Positions 11,461 to 22,993 of a stretch of 64,000 bases of DNA are shown piece by piece. Positions within the stretch are counted from its first letter, which is position 1, and each line of letters begins with the position of its first letter. The stretch spans positions 558,001 to 622,000 of the forward strand of contig MU005958.1 of assembly GCA_010093745.1 (NCBI GenBank). The letters are read 5' to 3'. The DNA is from Piedraia hortae CBS 480.64 (taxonomy: Eukaryota). The position numbers and the translations under genes were made by a program. The notes below the pieces were generated by a model that was given only the letters and a program-made list of their open reading frames with translations, was not told the DNA's origin and did no database searches.

Positions 11461-12151
11461 TGCCAACCGTGGACCTAGCGCTAGAGCTGTTGCGGCGGAT
11501 GCTAGGGGGTGAACGGCGCGGTTTTTTCCTCTTGGACATGGAAGCGCCCTGCCCTTCCGATAACAATATGCACGAGCAAGGCCACAGAATAATGTGTCTT
11601 AAGCTCGTGCTGCTGTGCTGCTGCAATATCGTCCGTGTTGCTGTCCGTGTGTTGTTCAAGACACGCGGCGAACGTCGGCCTTCGGTCGATCCCGATCACG
11701 TGGAGATCACATGATCTCAGGTGATCTTATCGGACCCATGAACCACGGGGCGACCCGAGCCTTCCCCGCGCCAAGGAGTGACCCCATCTATAAAACTGCC
11801 GAGTCTGCATCGCAAGTTCGCAACAGACTGGATCAAGTCAAAAGCTAAACCCATCTCTCCCACCTCCCGCCCGACTCGCTTTGTTTCACGATAAAGACCC
11901 CTGGCCATGATCGTCTGCGGGGCCTTGGCTTGCATTCGTCTGCTGCACTAGGCGCTTATACATTCCATCTTTAGGGCACTTGGCACGGCTGTGCCGGCCG
12001 CTGAGCACCGAGATGGACCGTTGCATGCCATGTCCCGCGCCGTGCGTCTAGTTTCCCAATCTATGTAATCGACCTCCGCCGCTCTCGTGTCCCAATCTGT
12101 GCACTGGCTGCCCGACGGAGGTTTCTGTAGATTTGTTGTTATCCCTGGAGG

Positions 12152-13318
12152 ATGCAGACCTCGATACGCCACAACTTCACGTCTCGCTTCAGATCGCCCG
12201 CTAGGCCTGAGAGTTCGCGCCGCGAGTCGGTCGAGGAGCTCTATGAGTTGCGATATGGCCGCCGATACCTACGTGATGTTCCTTATCCTTTGCCCTGCGA
12301 CCTGGCCGAGATTCAGAGGCAGAATCTGCGGACTCTGATATCGTGCACCATCTTTGGCCGTCCCGTCTGCTCGCCCAAGGTCGTTGATAACCCACCGCGC
12401 AAAGTGCTGGAAGTGGGATGCGGCAGCGGATACTGGTCATCCATGTGCCACGAGTTCTTCCGTTCCCGCGGGCATGCGAATATATCTTTCACCGGACTGG
12501 ACATAGCACCGCTGGCGCCCAACTTGCGCCAACTTGGCGTCAACTGGACCTTTGTGCGGCATGATCTCCGCCGTACGCCGCTTCCTTTCCGCGACGGCGA
12601 CTTCGATTTGATCGTCTTGAAGGATCTGAGCCTTACTTTGCCCATCGGTTCTTATCAAAAGCTTTTTGACGACATTATGAGACTGTTGAAACACGGTGGC
12701 ACGCTCGAGATATGGGAGTCGGATCACGTTCTCAGATCCTTGCTGCCGCATGCGGCTCCAGCGCCGGTGAAAAAGGCCGAGCCAAAAGATGATGCAAAAG
12801 TGGCCCGGAAGACTGCCACGTACACCATTACTCCGAGCACTTGCTTTGCACCGGTGCAGAACAGCTACCTGCGGCAGGCGAACGATTGGATCTCAAAGGC
12901 CCTGGATCAGAGGAACCTGCCGCCGCTGCCTTGTTCCCGCATTGCACCGCTGCTGTTGCAAGAGCCCGAACATCTGGGCCACATTGGTATGAGGCGTGTT
13001 GCAATCCCGCTGGGCCATCGCAAGGATAGAAAGCCTTCGTCTCCATTAAGCGACACAGGATACTCCAACATACATGCAAAACCCAGGCGCAAGACTCTCA
13101 ATGCTGATCAGATTGCGCTGAGGCAGACAGCCCTTACGACAGTGTTGCAAATGATCGAAAGCCTGGAGCCCTTACTCAAGGAGGTCAGTGGGAAGAACGC
13201 AGATGAATGGAGCCACTGGTGGGCTGCCATGATGGCCAATCTTTTGGGGCCTGATGCCCGAGACTTGAACGGTGAATGCCTCGAGGTAGGCGCCTGGTGG
13301 GCCACGAGGTTGAATTGA
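12152..13318 (+). CDS. Class I SAM-dependent methyltransferase domain protein; a further 5' exon is possible
   Basis: YPLPCDLAEIQRQ, motif I VLEVGCGSGYW, FTGLDIAP, LPFRDGDFDLI, LKHGGTLEIWE. An in-frame CTGTAG at 12125-12130 could be a splice acceptor. Confidence 0.85.
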   Translation: MQTSIRHNFTSRFRSPARPESSRRESVEELYELRYGRRYLRDVPYPLPCDLAEIQRQNLRTLISCTIFGRPVCSPKVVDNPPRKVLEVGCGSGYWSSMCHEFFRSRGHANISFTGLDIAPLAPNLRQLGVNWTFVRHDLRRTPLPFRDGDFDLIVLKDLSLTLPIGSYQKLFDDIMRLLKHGGTLEIWESDHVLRSLLPHAAPAPVKKAEPKDDAKVARKTATYTITPSTCFAPVQNSYLRQANDWISKALDQRNLPPLPCSRIAPLLLQEPEHLGHIGMRRVAIPLGHRKDRKPSSPLSDTGYSNIHAKPRRKTLNADQIALRQTALTTVLQMIESLEPLLKEVSGKNADEWSHWWAAMMANLLGPDARDLNGECLEVGAWWATRLN

Positions 13319-13325
13319 TGTTTTA

Positions 13326-13712
13326 CTACCCGTAACGCTGCTTCAGCGTGCGATATCGCTTCAAGTAATACCTGAGTAGTGTGTTAGTTGGTTGTCATTG
13401 CGTGTACGAAGACCGACAATGCTTCGATTTCTGTATATTAATGATATCAGCTAGACTCCATAGATGGGGATGAAAACTGTACCCTTCTTCACATATTGAG
13501 CCTGTTCGAGGCCTTTGCGGATTTGGTCTTCATCATGGAGATGCGATTTTGCCATGAAAGCCTTGTGTAGCCGTGGCCGAAAGTAGTTGTAGCCCAAAGG
13601 GTATTCTCTTCCAAGATAGAGCAGTTCTGCCACGTCAGAGCGGCGTTTAATATTGCTGGATCCTACCTTTATAGATCTTAATGACGTCCAGTCGTAATTG
13701 GGATGATGGCAT
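13326..13712 (-). CDS. Small mitochondrial LYR-motif protein (LYRM5/ETFRF1-like)
   Basis: Four exons (13712-13667, 13626-13483, 13430-13418, 13371-13326) give [62 protein letters not shown]. Confidence 0.9.
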
Positions 13713-13793
13713 TGCGAATGTCTGGACACTGATGGTGGCGACACAACAAGTGCGATGCAGTTATACACTTTACATTTGGCATGACCCACAACA

Positions 13794-14586
13794 ATGAATG
13801 CACGGTGGCTCACAGATGTCAAGACGCGCATTGGAAAATGCATAACATTTGGCATGAGTCCAGTGCAGATCGAGCAGGCCGGTGTTTTATTGCACCGCGT
13901 TGCCCGTGACTGGCGACAGTTGGTTGCCGGCAGAGAAGGGTTTCTGGTGCCATTTCGACAAAAGGTGACATGGGGAGATATGGATAGCATGGTATGGATA
14001 GCAATCATCGAGGAAAGCGTCTAAAAAGCATAGGGTCATGTTAACAATGTCGTGTACAATAAATACGCAGAGGCAGGACGCGCGGTATGGATCCGCAAAC
14101 TCGGTGAACTCGACCCTGGAAACGCAAAGGCGTGGAGGGAGACTCTGCAGCCGAAGGGCGACGGTCTCATTCTACGGTCAATAACCACCGAATACAAATT
14201 TGTGCGTCTATCATAAAAAGGGGAACACTATCATATCAAAAGCTAACGCTTGACAGCCAATGACTTGGCCAGATCGTGTTTTGGTCTATCATAAGCTACG
14301 AAACAGACCAGACACCGATACCGAGTCCTTCATACTGGACGTGTTGATTGTCTCTGAACGGCATCAACGGGCAGCGGCGAGATGTATAGAGGATCTGGTT
14401 GCATACGACTACCGAACCGGAGCAAAGAGACGGCTGCCACTGTACATGAGAAGAGTATTTGAGCAAACTTGGAAAATGCAGGAGAGCTCGCGGGTGGAGG
14501 CGGAAAGACAAATCGGGGAATTGCTCGACGGGGTAAGGCAATTGGAGAAAAGCACATGGGATCGTAAAGGAGCTGTCGAGGCATAG
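13794..14586 (+). CDS. Hotdog-fold thioesterase-like protein
   Basis: WLTDVKTRIGKCITFG..VTWGDMDSM / GHVNNVVYNKYAEAGR..GLILRSITTEYKF / PMTWPDRVLVYHKL; two introns at about 13992-14033 and 14202-14256. Confidence 0.88.
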
Positions 14587-15005
14587 AGGCAAAGCACTTG
14601 TGAAACGTCTAGATGCAGATGAAGAAAAGCTCATCCTGGCGATGAGGAAAGTGCCCCACAATCCGATTACCGCCCCCGCCGCCGTTGCCATGTTTGCTTG
14701 TCTGTTCTTTGAAGCAAACCGCGGCTGGCGCTGGAGATGCAGTTTTCGCTTGTTTGGGTGCCTGTTGGTTTGCTCTATACAGCTCAAAAAAAAAAGACTA
14801 AATCCCCAACCAGACAGACGTCACACACAGGCTCCCGTTGACGGCTCCGAAACCGGGTAAAAAATCGTGGCATCCCCGCTAGGAAACGGTGCGCCGGGCC
14901 GGACCGAACCCGAAACATGTCTGCGGTAAGAGCCGAACGTTTTGACGGCCACTTCACCTCTTCTTCTTCAGTTGCAGCATATCTTCCGGGGAGGGAGGCC
15001 GTCGA

Positions 15006-17732
15006 ATGCCTCACAAGGACAAGCGCAACCCCCACAATCGAGGCCATGATAGTGGACTGGCTGCGCCGGGGAAGAAGGTGTCCAAAGCTGCGTCGCACCA
15101 AGCTCTTCGCGGGAAGGCAGCTTCACCGGCAGCCTCAGTCGCTCCGTCTTCGCCCTCGGCCCTAGCACCAACGAACGCAGAGCCAGCGCCTCACTGCTCG
15201 CGCCCAGGAAGCGGTCCTTCGGCCAATGTATCACCCGGCTTTTGGGCCCACAAGGACAATGTGTGCTCGACCGATGTGCGGGCTGGCCGCGCGTCTTCCG
15301 AAGCTTCGCTCGACACGCTCGAACTTGGTGGCATGACGAACAACCTGGGCAACAGCGGCGGCATGGACAATCTCGGCCGTCCCGGTACTTCTCTGCCTCA
15401 ACAAGCTTCTATCTTGGCTCTCTATCCATTACGTGACGCGATTGCATTTCTCATCATATTGCTCTCCCTTCCATCTTTAATCGTGTTGCTTATCCAGAGC
15501 CTTTTCGCAGCTATCCAACTGATACCTCCCTCGGCCGGCTTATGCCATATCAAGAAAGTACTCTCATTCGGCAGGCCCGGTGCACCCGGGTTCATGGTGA
15601 TGATTGCCATTGACCTGGTGCTTTGGGTGTTTTGGCTTCCTTTGTGGAAGCCAGTAAAGAACATGGGACTGGACATTGCTCAAGCCGTCTTGGCTATCGC
15701 AATGAGCGGACTTTCAGCTACTCCTGGCGGTGCTGGCTTTAACATGGCATGCTGCGTTCTCGCTGTCTGCATTGTTCACGTCTTTCGTCATCGACTTATT
15801 CCCGTGAGTGCTCTCAGTCACATCAATCCGTTTGGCTACACGCTACATGTCACCTCTGCCTTCGACTTTTCTCCGCTTGCTGCGCCTTTTCCGCGGCCGC
15901 CCGCTGAGCGCGGCAGGGCGTTTGAATTCCTCCGAATTGCGCTTGGGATCCACCTTGTTTCGCAAGGGCTTACCACCTACGTGCGCCGGTCGCTCGTAAA
16001 GGAGAAGGAAAAAGATCAACGCGTGCCATGCCTTACCAAAGCGGACACGGAATCTGGCAGATGCCTCGAGGCTGGGACGCTGGATGGGTCAGCGCCGATT
16101 TCCGCAACCGGACCGGACGGACGCTCGGCCAGTCTATCTGCCGTCACGTCTCGAGAAGGCAAGCCCCGAGAGTCCAATACTAAGCGAAAGAAAAAGCAGT
16201 TGGCACACCAAGCCCGTAGTCAGCAGCCCGTATGGGCCGTCATAGCTAGCACAAAGGTCAACTGTGTCAAGGAATATGAGCGGCGTAATGCAGGACATGA
16301 CGCGTACGAGGCATCTGAAATGGACTCTGGAAATTCATCAGCAAAATCTAGTTTCATGTGGGTTCTGAATGTGCGGGATACGCAAATCGACTTTGGTGTG
16401 GAACTGGCTCCTTCTGCGAAGGTGAAAGGCGGCGGTGCCGAGCCAGGCCTGGCTCTCAGCGCGGCCATTGACAAGTCAAAACCGTTTTATGTTCGTATCA
16501 ACAGTGCAGCCTGGAGCTCGACTCGCATCAAAGAAAGCAAAAGCCACAACCGCTACGAAGGGGAAGTCTACGGTCTTGCACCCCGAAGCGGTTACCACTG
16601 CGAGGTGATTGACATGGCCACGGGCTCGGTTCATTGTTCCGTTCGCATAATCACATCTGCCACCCCTTCTGAAGAATCTGCGGCAACGACAGTAACGACT
16701 CCCCCGAAGCAGGCACAGCATAGCGAGCTGCGCCCGTTGTCTCCAATCACTACTCTTCGGCAGTCTATTCAATCCACCGAGGCTAAGCTTGGTGAAACTC
16801 GAAGCCGTGCGCGTAAGGCCAAGCGGGATCAGCGAGGCCTGCACTCTGACATACGCAAAGAGATCAACGTGTTCAAGGGGAAGCTGGAGTCTTCTGGCGG
16901 CATGGATGACAAGCAGGAACGACGTCTTTTGCAAATCAGCCAGCACAAGGGCCAGGCGGAGGAGGCGACGGCGGAGCTTCGGAGTCAACTGGATGCGCTT
17001 GGCGAAATCCCAGCCGACGAGGTCACGAAGTCGGAAGCTAAACGCGACCGTTGGCAGGCTGCTCGTGATGCCAAGCAAGCTGCTGAGGCCGAACGCGACC
17101 AAGCCCAAGCTCACGCCGAGCGTGAGCTCAACACATTGCGATCTGAGCTGGCAGCCGCGAGGGCGAAGCAGGAGAAACTAGAGGCACGCCGGGCCCAGCG
17201 AACCAAAGAGCTCGAGGCACTCATAAGCCGTTATCAGCTCGATATGACTGCGCGACAAAAGCGCGAGGTTGAGCACGCGCAGGCAGTGGAGTTTCGCGAG
17301 AAGGAGGAAATGAACCTACAGGGTTACATCGCGAGCTTGCAGCAGGAAACGCAAGAGCTCTACCAGCAACTGGCGGCGCTGAACGGCTGGCCGACGACTG
17401 ATACGGGCATGAACGGCTCAAATGGGTATTCTGCCTATCGCCCTGTGATTCCCAACGCGCGCGACCGCAGCGGCTCGGTACTGAGCCAATACTCGACCGC
17501 AGGCGAAGATGAACCATCGAGCAAAGGAGCGCCGCGAAACTCGCGCAGCTGGGTCCTCAGGCAGTCCAACTTTGCATCGTCTTTGCACGATCGTAAAGCT
17601 AGCGACGGCGGCAATTCGGGCTCGCAAACAGGTAGTACTGGCTCCAATTCGCCGCGTCCAGAAGCAAAGCCTTTTGTCCCCTCTGCGCTAGCTAAGAATC
17701 CCATAGTCAATAGGCGAGGAAACAAGTCTTAA
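15006..17732 (+). CDS. acrB: AcrB-like ubiquitination-network signalling protein (transmembrane segments plus coiled coil)
   Basis: 908-aa ORF with a hydrophobic N-terminal block (DAIAFLIILLSLPS), RSQQPVWAVIASTK, PFYVRINSAAWSSTRI, GEVYGLAP and a long C-terminal coiled coil. Confidence 0.8.
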   Translation: MPHKDKRNPHNRGHDSGLAAPGKKVSKAASHQALRGKAASPAASVAPSSPSALAPTNAEPAPHCSRPGSGPSANVSPGFWAHKDNVCSTDVRAGRASSEASLDTLELGGMTNNLGNSGGMDNLGRPGTSLPQQASILALYPLRDAIAFLIILLSLPSLIVLLIQSLFAAIQLIPPSAGLCHIKKVLSFGRPGAPGFMVMIAIDLVLWVFWLPLWKPVKNMGLDIAQAVLAIAMSGLSATPGGAGFNMACCVLAVCIVHVFRHRLIPVSALSHINPFGYTLHVTSAFDFSPLAAPFPRPPAERGRAFEFLRIALGIHLVSQGLTTYVRRSLVKEKEKDQRVPCLTKADTESGRCLEAGTLDGSAPISATGPDGRSASLSAVTSREGKPRESNTKRKKKQLAHQARSQQPVWAVIASTKVNCVKEYERRNAGHDAYEASEMDSGNSSAKSSFMWVLNVRDTQIDFGVELAPSAKVKGGGAEPGLALSAAIDKSKPFYVRINSAAWSSTRIKESKSHNRYEGEVYGLAPRSGYHCEVIDMATGSVHCSVRIITSATPSEESAATTVTTPPKQAQHSELRPLSPITTLRQSIQSTEAKLGETRSRARKAKRDQRGLHSDIRKEINVFKGKLESSGGMDDKQERRLLQISQHKGQAEEATAELRSQLDALGEIPADEVTKSEAKRDRWQAARDAKQAAEAERDQAQAHAERELNTLRSELAAARAKQEKLEARRAQRTKELEALISRYQLDMTARQKREVEHAQAVEFREKEEMNLQGYIASLQQETQELYQQLAALNGWPTTDTGMNGSNGYSAYRPVIPNARDRSGSVLSQYSTAGEDEPSSKGAPRNSRSWVLRQSNFASSLHDRKASDGGNSGSQTGSTGSNSPRPEAKPFVPSALAKNPIVNRRGNKS

Positions 17733-18670
17733 CCTTTTTATATACTTCGCCTTTGCAATGCACACTTCTTGAAGTAGGCCTACTTTCTACTTCGGCTCGA
17801 GTCGATCTAGTTTATCATGCAAGACAGATTCTGGCACGGGGCCGAATGAATGACATTTGACATGTTCGTGATCGGTTCATTTCCCTCTTCGTTGGGAAGT
17901 CCACATTACTTGCTATTTTCCAATCACACAACAGGGTTCTGTGTGCCGCAAACGATGATTATCTGATTGCCCACGTTCATTCGAACATAGTTGAACTTGA
18001 ATATAGCAGATCGATCTGGCATAAGACTCCTGTCCGCCATGACAATGTTTCGCTATATCCGGGTGTCGACAGGTGCGTGGTGACCAATTGGGAGTGTTTA
18101 TTGTCCGCTATAACCGATGTCTGCTAAGATAGTTCCAGGGTTGACTGCAAGATATGCTGAATGGTCGTTCTTGTTACTTGCACAGATCACATACATTTGC
18201 CGAATAGTCTAGATGCTTGCTAGGTGGTCCACTCTGGAGAGAGGCGATGTGCAAGATCTACCCGAGATCTGATCGACCGATTGCGCGAGACCATCATCGA
18301 GATGGCTGCACGTACACCTCATTCCTGAACCTTAAGGTTTGATGCAATCAATCATGCCTATAACGCCTCATCTACTGGTGTTGGAAGGCAGCATACCTGT
18401 CCTGGTACCTACAACAACTAAACAGCTGACATGTCTAACCTCGGCAATACGCAAAGGGGTGGGGGGAGGGGATGTTTGATTTTTACCTCGTGGTAGGCTT
18501 TCTTTTTTCTTTTTTTTCATTCTTGTTCGGTCTGGGGAAGTTCCGACATACCGAGAGATCGAGGGTGGCGACAGTTGACTTGCGCAGGAACCAGAGCCAA
18601 GCCCATCACGATCTGACTACGATACGGGTAAGGGCTGTGGGGTATAATTGCACCAGACGGTGAGCATGTT

Positions 18671-21371
18671 ATGAGCGGCTTTTACGGTCCTCAAGTCCCC
18701 CACGGTTTTCCGGTTCCCCACGTCGACGAGGCTGCGCAAGCTCCACCTCAAGCTTCGCACCCTCCGCACCCTCCTCACGCTCCGCCTTTGCAGTTTCACG
18801 CTGGCCAGGCTTCGCAGCCGCAGTTTCAACAACTGCAGCAACCTCTATCTTTTCATCCCAATCATCTCCAGACTTTCCAAGACGCTCACCATGCCGGTCA
18901 GGCTTCGCTTCATCAGCCTCACCACAGCGAATCCAAATCGCTCGATGAAATCGTCCAGCAGAATGCCAATGAGTTGAACGAGAGACGATTTCTTACTCAG
19001 CAGCGGCCTGAGGAGGACTTGGTTCCCACTTCTGGCTATTCCGCTGGCGTTAGTGGGCCGTATGCTTTTGATCCGGGTGGGGGGAACGGTGCAAGTTTTG
19101 CAGGCCTTGATACTTCATATATGGATTTTTCGCCTTTGGACGTGGATCTTTATAACGAATATGTTGGACAGCAGCAGCAGCAGCAGCCTTTGCCGGCGAT
19201 GCAGGGAGTTGGTTACCTTGGATCGATCTCTACTCCGATAATGAACGTCCCTGCTATGAGCACATTTGTTCCACCTGGTGGACCTACGTGGCAGCCGCCT
19301 GAAGGTGGTTGGCCATCTTCCATGACTGGCCGTTTGCATTCGCAGACTGTGTTCAAAAATGCTTACTCTCAGTCTGGGTTTGATATGCTTTCTATCCTGG
19401 TAAAGTTTCTCTTTTGATCTTCGATGGCGTTGGACTGACAAATCTCCAGATGCGGGTAGCTACTCGCCCGAACCCAGAGATCCAGATCGGCGCAGTGGAT
19501 ATGTCGTGTGCGTTTGTCGTCAGCGACGCCGAGCAGGAGGACTTGCCGATTGTCTACTGCTCGGAAAGCTTTGAGCGGCTGACGGGGTATACCAAAGATA
19601 TGCTGTTGGGCATTAACTGTCGCTTCCTGCAGTCGCCAGACGGAAGAGTGCAGGCCGGTGAGCAGCGACGATATGTCGACGGCAGGACGGTTTACTACTT
19701 GAAGAAAAAATTGCTCGAATTTCGAGAGACACAGGTATCACTGATAAACTACCGCCGTGGTGGCCAGCCATTTATGAACCTGCTGACAATGATTCCCATC
19801 AGCTGGGACTCTGATGACGTAAAGTACTTTGTCGGCTTCCAGGTAGATCTCGTCGAGCAGCCGGGAGCGGTGACGGAGCAAAATCCGGACGGCACTTACA
19901 ACATCAACTATCAACGCAGCGCGTTTATGCCGCCCTACATCAAGGCTGCTCCGCATATGCCGGCCAATCCCGGTCCTGCTGTGACGCCGGTCCAGGTCAG
20001 TGCCATGTTGGCCGGCACAGTTGTGCCACGACAGTTGTGGCACCGCGTCGTGCTGGAAAACGTCGATGATGTTGTGCAAGTTCTGTCGCCCAAGGGCATC
20101 TTTCAGAGGCTGTTTCCTGCCGCCGAAAGGGTGCTCGAGTACATGCCAGGCGAGCTCATCGGTACTGCCCTGAGCGCCGTCTGTCACCCAAGTGATATCG
20201 TCTCCGTCACCCGCGAGCTGCGTGAAATGAACAACGGCTCATCGATCCACGTTCTCTTCCGCATCCGCAGGAAGCACAACGGCTACATGTGGTTCGACTG
20301 TCACGGGATGCTAAAGGCCGAGCTGCAGGTCAAGGACCGTCGGTTCATAGTCCTCTTTGGCCGTGAGCGGCCGGTGTATCGGCTCCGGCGGGCGGAGATC
20401 ACGGCAAGCGGTGGTATCGGTGATAATGAGCTCTGGACGAAGCTGTCTACTTCAGGCATCTTGCTGTTTGTCTCTTCTCACGTCAAGCAGTTGCTCGATC
20501 GGCAGCCCGAGGAGCTGATTGGGACCAGAATCCAGAACATCATGCGGCCCGAATCAGAGAATTTATTTGGAAACAAGCTGAAGCAAGCACGACATGGACA
20601 ACGCACGTCGGTCAAGCACGAGATGATTAACCGACGTGGCCAAGTGCTATCAGCCCATACCGTCCTCTACCCTGGCGACGGCACCACCAAGCCTGCATTT
20701 CTAATCGCTCAGACGCGATTCCATAAGTTCAACCGCAACACTGCGACGAACCGAGACCGCATGTCAACATCCGATGCGGGATCTCACTCCTTGTCCACGC
20801 ATTCGTCTATCCGATCCTCTCTAGACGGCGGCCAGCAAACCCCCAAGTCGATCTTCAATACCAACAACAACAAGAGCACGCAAACCTTCGTGCAGTCAAC
20901 GGAAGAAGACGAAAACGGGAACCTTTTCGAGGAACTCTCAGTCACAAAACCAAGCGCGTGGCAATACGAGATTCGGCAGCTAGAGAAACGCAACCGAGCA
21001 ATGGCAGAGGAAGTACAAATGCTAATTGCAGCAAAGAAAAGACGCAAACGTCGAAAAAACAGCAGTAATATAACAAAAGACTGCGCGCACTGCCACACCA
21101 AAGTGACACCGGAGTGGAGACGCGGCCCATCAGGCCAACGCGATCTATGTAACTCATGCGGCCTACGCTGGGCCAAATCGGTCTGACGTCCTCCCAATTT
21201 TCCCATTAATGGCCTATACTAACAGTCTCACAGAACGGACGAATATCCCCGCGAAACGCAAAAACATCCGCCACAACCAGCTCGTCAAATTCCCCCGCCT
21301 GGTCAGCTGGCAAGAACACAACCGCAGAAGGCAGCACCGGCAAAATCCCCGAAACAATCAAAGAAGAGTAG
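18671..21371 (+). CDS. wc-1: Blue-light photoreceptor White Collar-1 (LOV, two PAS domains, GATA zinc finger)
   Basis: [16 protein letters not shown] / [27 protein letters not shown] signature [11 protein letters not shown] domains; [32 protein letters not shown]. Introns 19400-19450 and 21181-21233. Confidence 0.96.
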
Positions 21372-21497
21372 TACGATCCAAGAAGCAATACCGACGCCCT
21401 ACGCGGCGTCGATTGAAAAAAATATATATTCTAATCCTAGCATTGGCCTAAAAGTCCTTTTTTCTTTTTTAAAAAAAATTAATCAAACGGGATCCTT

Positions 21498-22676
21498 TCA
21501 ATCAAACGGAATCCTCCGCAACTCATTCTTCCCCTCTTCCATCTTAGCCCCAATTGCACTAGGGACTGGAATCCCACAACAATCCCCCCATCCACTCTCA
21601 TGCACGTGGTCCCCCTCTCGCGAAGCATCCCTACCCCTCCCCATCCCCTCCGGCGCAGGAATCAGCGACCCGAAAAGTAAATGCTGCGTGATGGGCAGTT
21701 TGCCTAAAATCTCTCTATCAAACATCCTCCTCATCCCTGCGTGGATCTTCCCCCACGACTTCGCGGCCGAGATATCGTCAATCATTGGGGAATGCCATCT
21801 CAGCGAGGCCGACGAAGACTTTGTCTCTTTTACGAATTTCACCTGATCGAGGTAGAGGAAGTCGTTTGCGCATTCCGCGAGGACAGCATCAGAGTGGATG
21901 CTTTTGGGTCGGAGGTATTTGTGTGTGGAGAGTTGGCTGGCGCCGAAGAGGAAGGGGAGGAATTGGTAGTCGTCTAGACCCCATACGCCGTGGGAGCCGG
22001 CGGGTTCGAGGTAATATGTTCCCTGGATTTGGCGGACGAGGGTCAGGTAGGCGGGGAAGATGACGAGGACGATCGAGGGGAAGAGGGTTTCCGGGAGGAG
22101 GGAGAGTTGACAGAGGGTTAGGAGCCAGAGGAAGAAGTTTAGTTCATGGCCGGATCCGTAGTCGATGCGGGTACGTGAGCCGAAGCTTTCGCGGAGGTAG
22201 GTGCTTAGTTCGGGGATGGAGGGTTCGGGGACGTTGAGGCGCGTGTGCCAGGCGGGGAGGTGGGTAGCCAGGGTGTCGTAATAGCCTCTGAAAGCCGCGT
22301 TGCCGAAGCGGGAGCTGGTTACTTCGGGTGGGTGAGAGGCGAGGAGTTGGGTCGCTTCGTCTAGAATGGAGAGGATGGTCGGGATGGGTTCGATGTTCCT
22401 TTCGGGTGCCGTTTGGATGGACCGGGTGGTGACACCGCAAACGCTGTCGGAGAGAGTGAAGATGAAGCCTTTGATGAGGTTGTGGGTGGGGGCTTCCTCG
22501 AAAACTTGCTGGTCTTGTGCGCTTAGGATGCGGCGTTCCGGGACAAGGAAGGTGTGGTTTGGTGCCAGAGTGGGCGGAGGCGGTAGCTGGGGAGTCACGG
22601 GATACGGCTGCTCGTTTTTGCTGCTCGCGTTTACCTTGCGCGGGACGAGTGGGGGAATGGCTGCTGTTGACGCCAT
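21498..22676 (-). CDS. RRD2: PP2A phosphatase activator (PTPA) 2
   Basis: SRFGNAAFR, FGSRTRIDYGSGHELNF, YYLEPAGSHGVWGLDDY, LRWHSPMIDDIS, WGDCCGIPVPSAI..IPFD. Confidence 0.93.
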   Translation of the reverse strand: MASTAAIPPLVPRKVNASSKNEQPYPVTPQLPPPPTLAPNHTFLVPERRILSAQDQQVFEEAPTHNLIKGFIFTLSDSVCGVTTRSIQTAPERNIEPIPTILSILDEATQLLASHPPEVTSSRFGNAAFRGYYDTLATHLPAWHTRLNVPEPSIPELSTYLRESFGSRTRIDYGSGHELNFFLWLLTLCQLSLLPETLFPSIVLVIFPAYLTLVRQIQGTYYLEPAGSHGVWGLDDYQFLPFLFGASQLSTHKYLRPKSIHSDAVLAECANDFLYLDQVKFVKETKSSSASLRWHSPMIDDISAAKSWGKIHAGMRRMFDREILGKLPITQHLLFGSLIPAPEGMGRGRDASREGDHVHESGWGDCCGIPVPSAIGAKMEEGKNELRRIPFD

Positions 22677-22993
22677 GGATGTGGTTGAGCAAACGGCTAA
22701 CGGTCAGTAGCGGTGGAAGTGGATCGGGCAAGTTTCAAAAACACGTGATGATTTGCTTCTCAATGACTTTTTATTATGGACTATGTAGAGGTCTATTCGT
22801 TGATCTAGGTGGATGGCAGGGGCTAACGAACGATAGGTAGATACAGCCAGCCTAATTATGCTCCTATTGGCACGGGATGTTCCCGCGTAATCCCTGCAAA
22901 CGCCTCGCGTGCGAAATGAGGCGTTGTAAACGTGCCGACCGTGGAACCCTGCCGCTGTTTTGACAGCCTTAACAGCCCGTGACAGCCAGCACC

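Noticed and set aside
13451..14008. 185-aa minus-strand ORF as a single protein
   Set aside because: It is a read-through of LYR exon 2, an intron and the antisense of the thioesterase; the four-exon model explains it.
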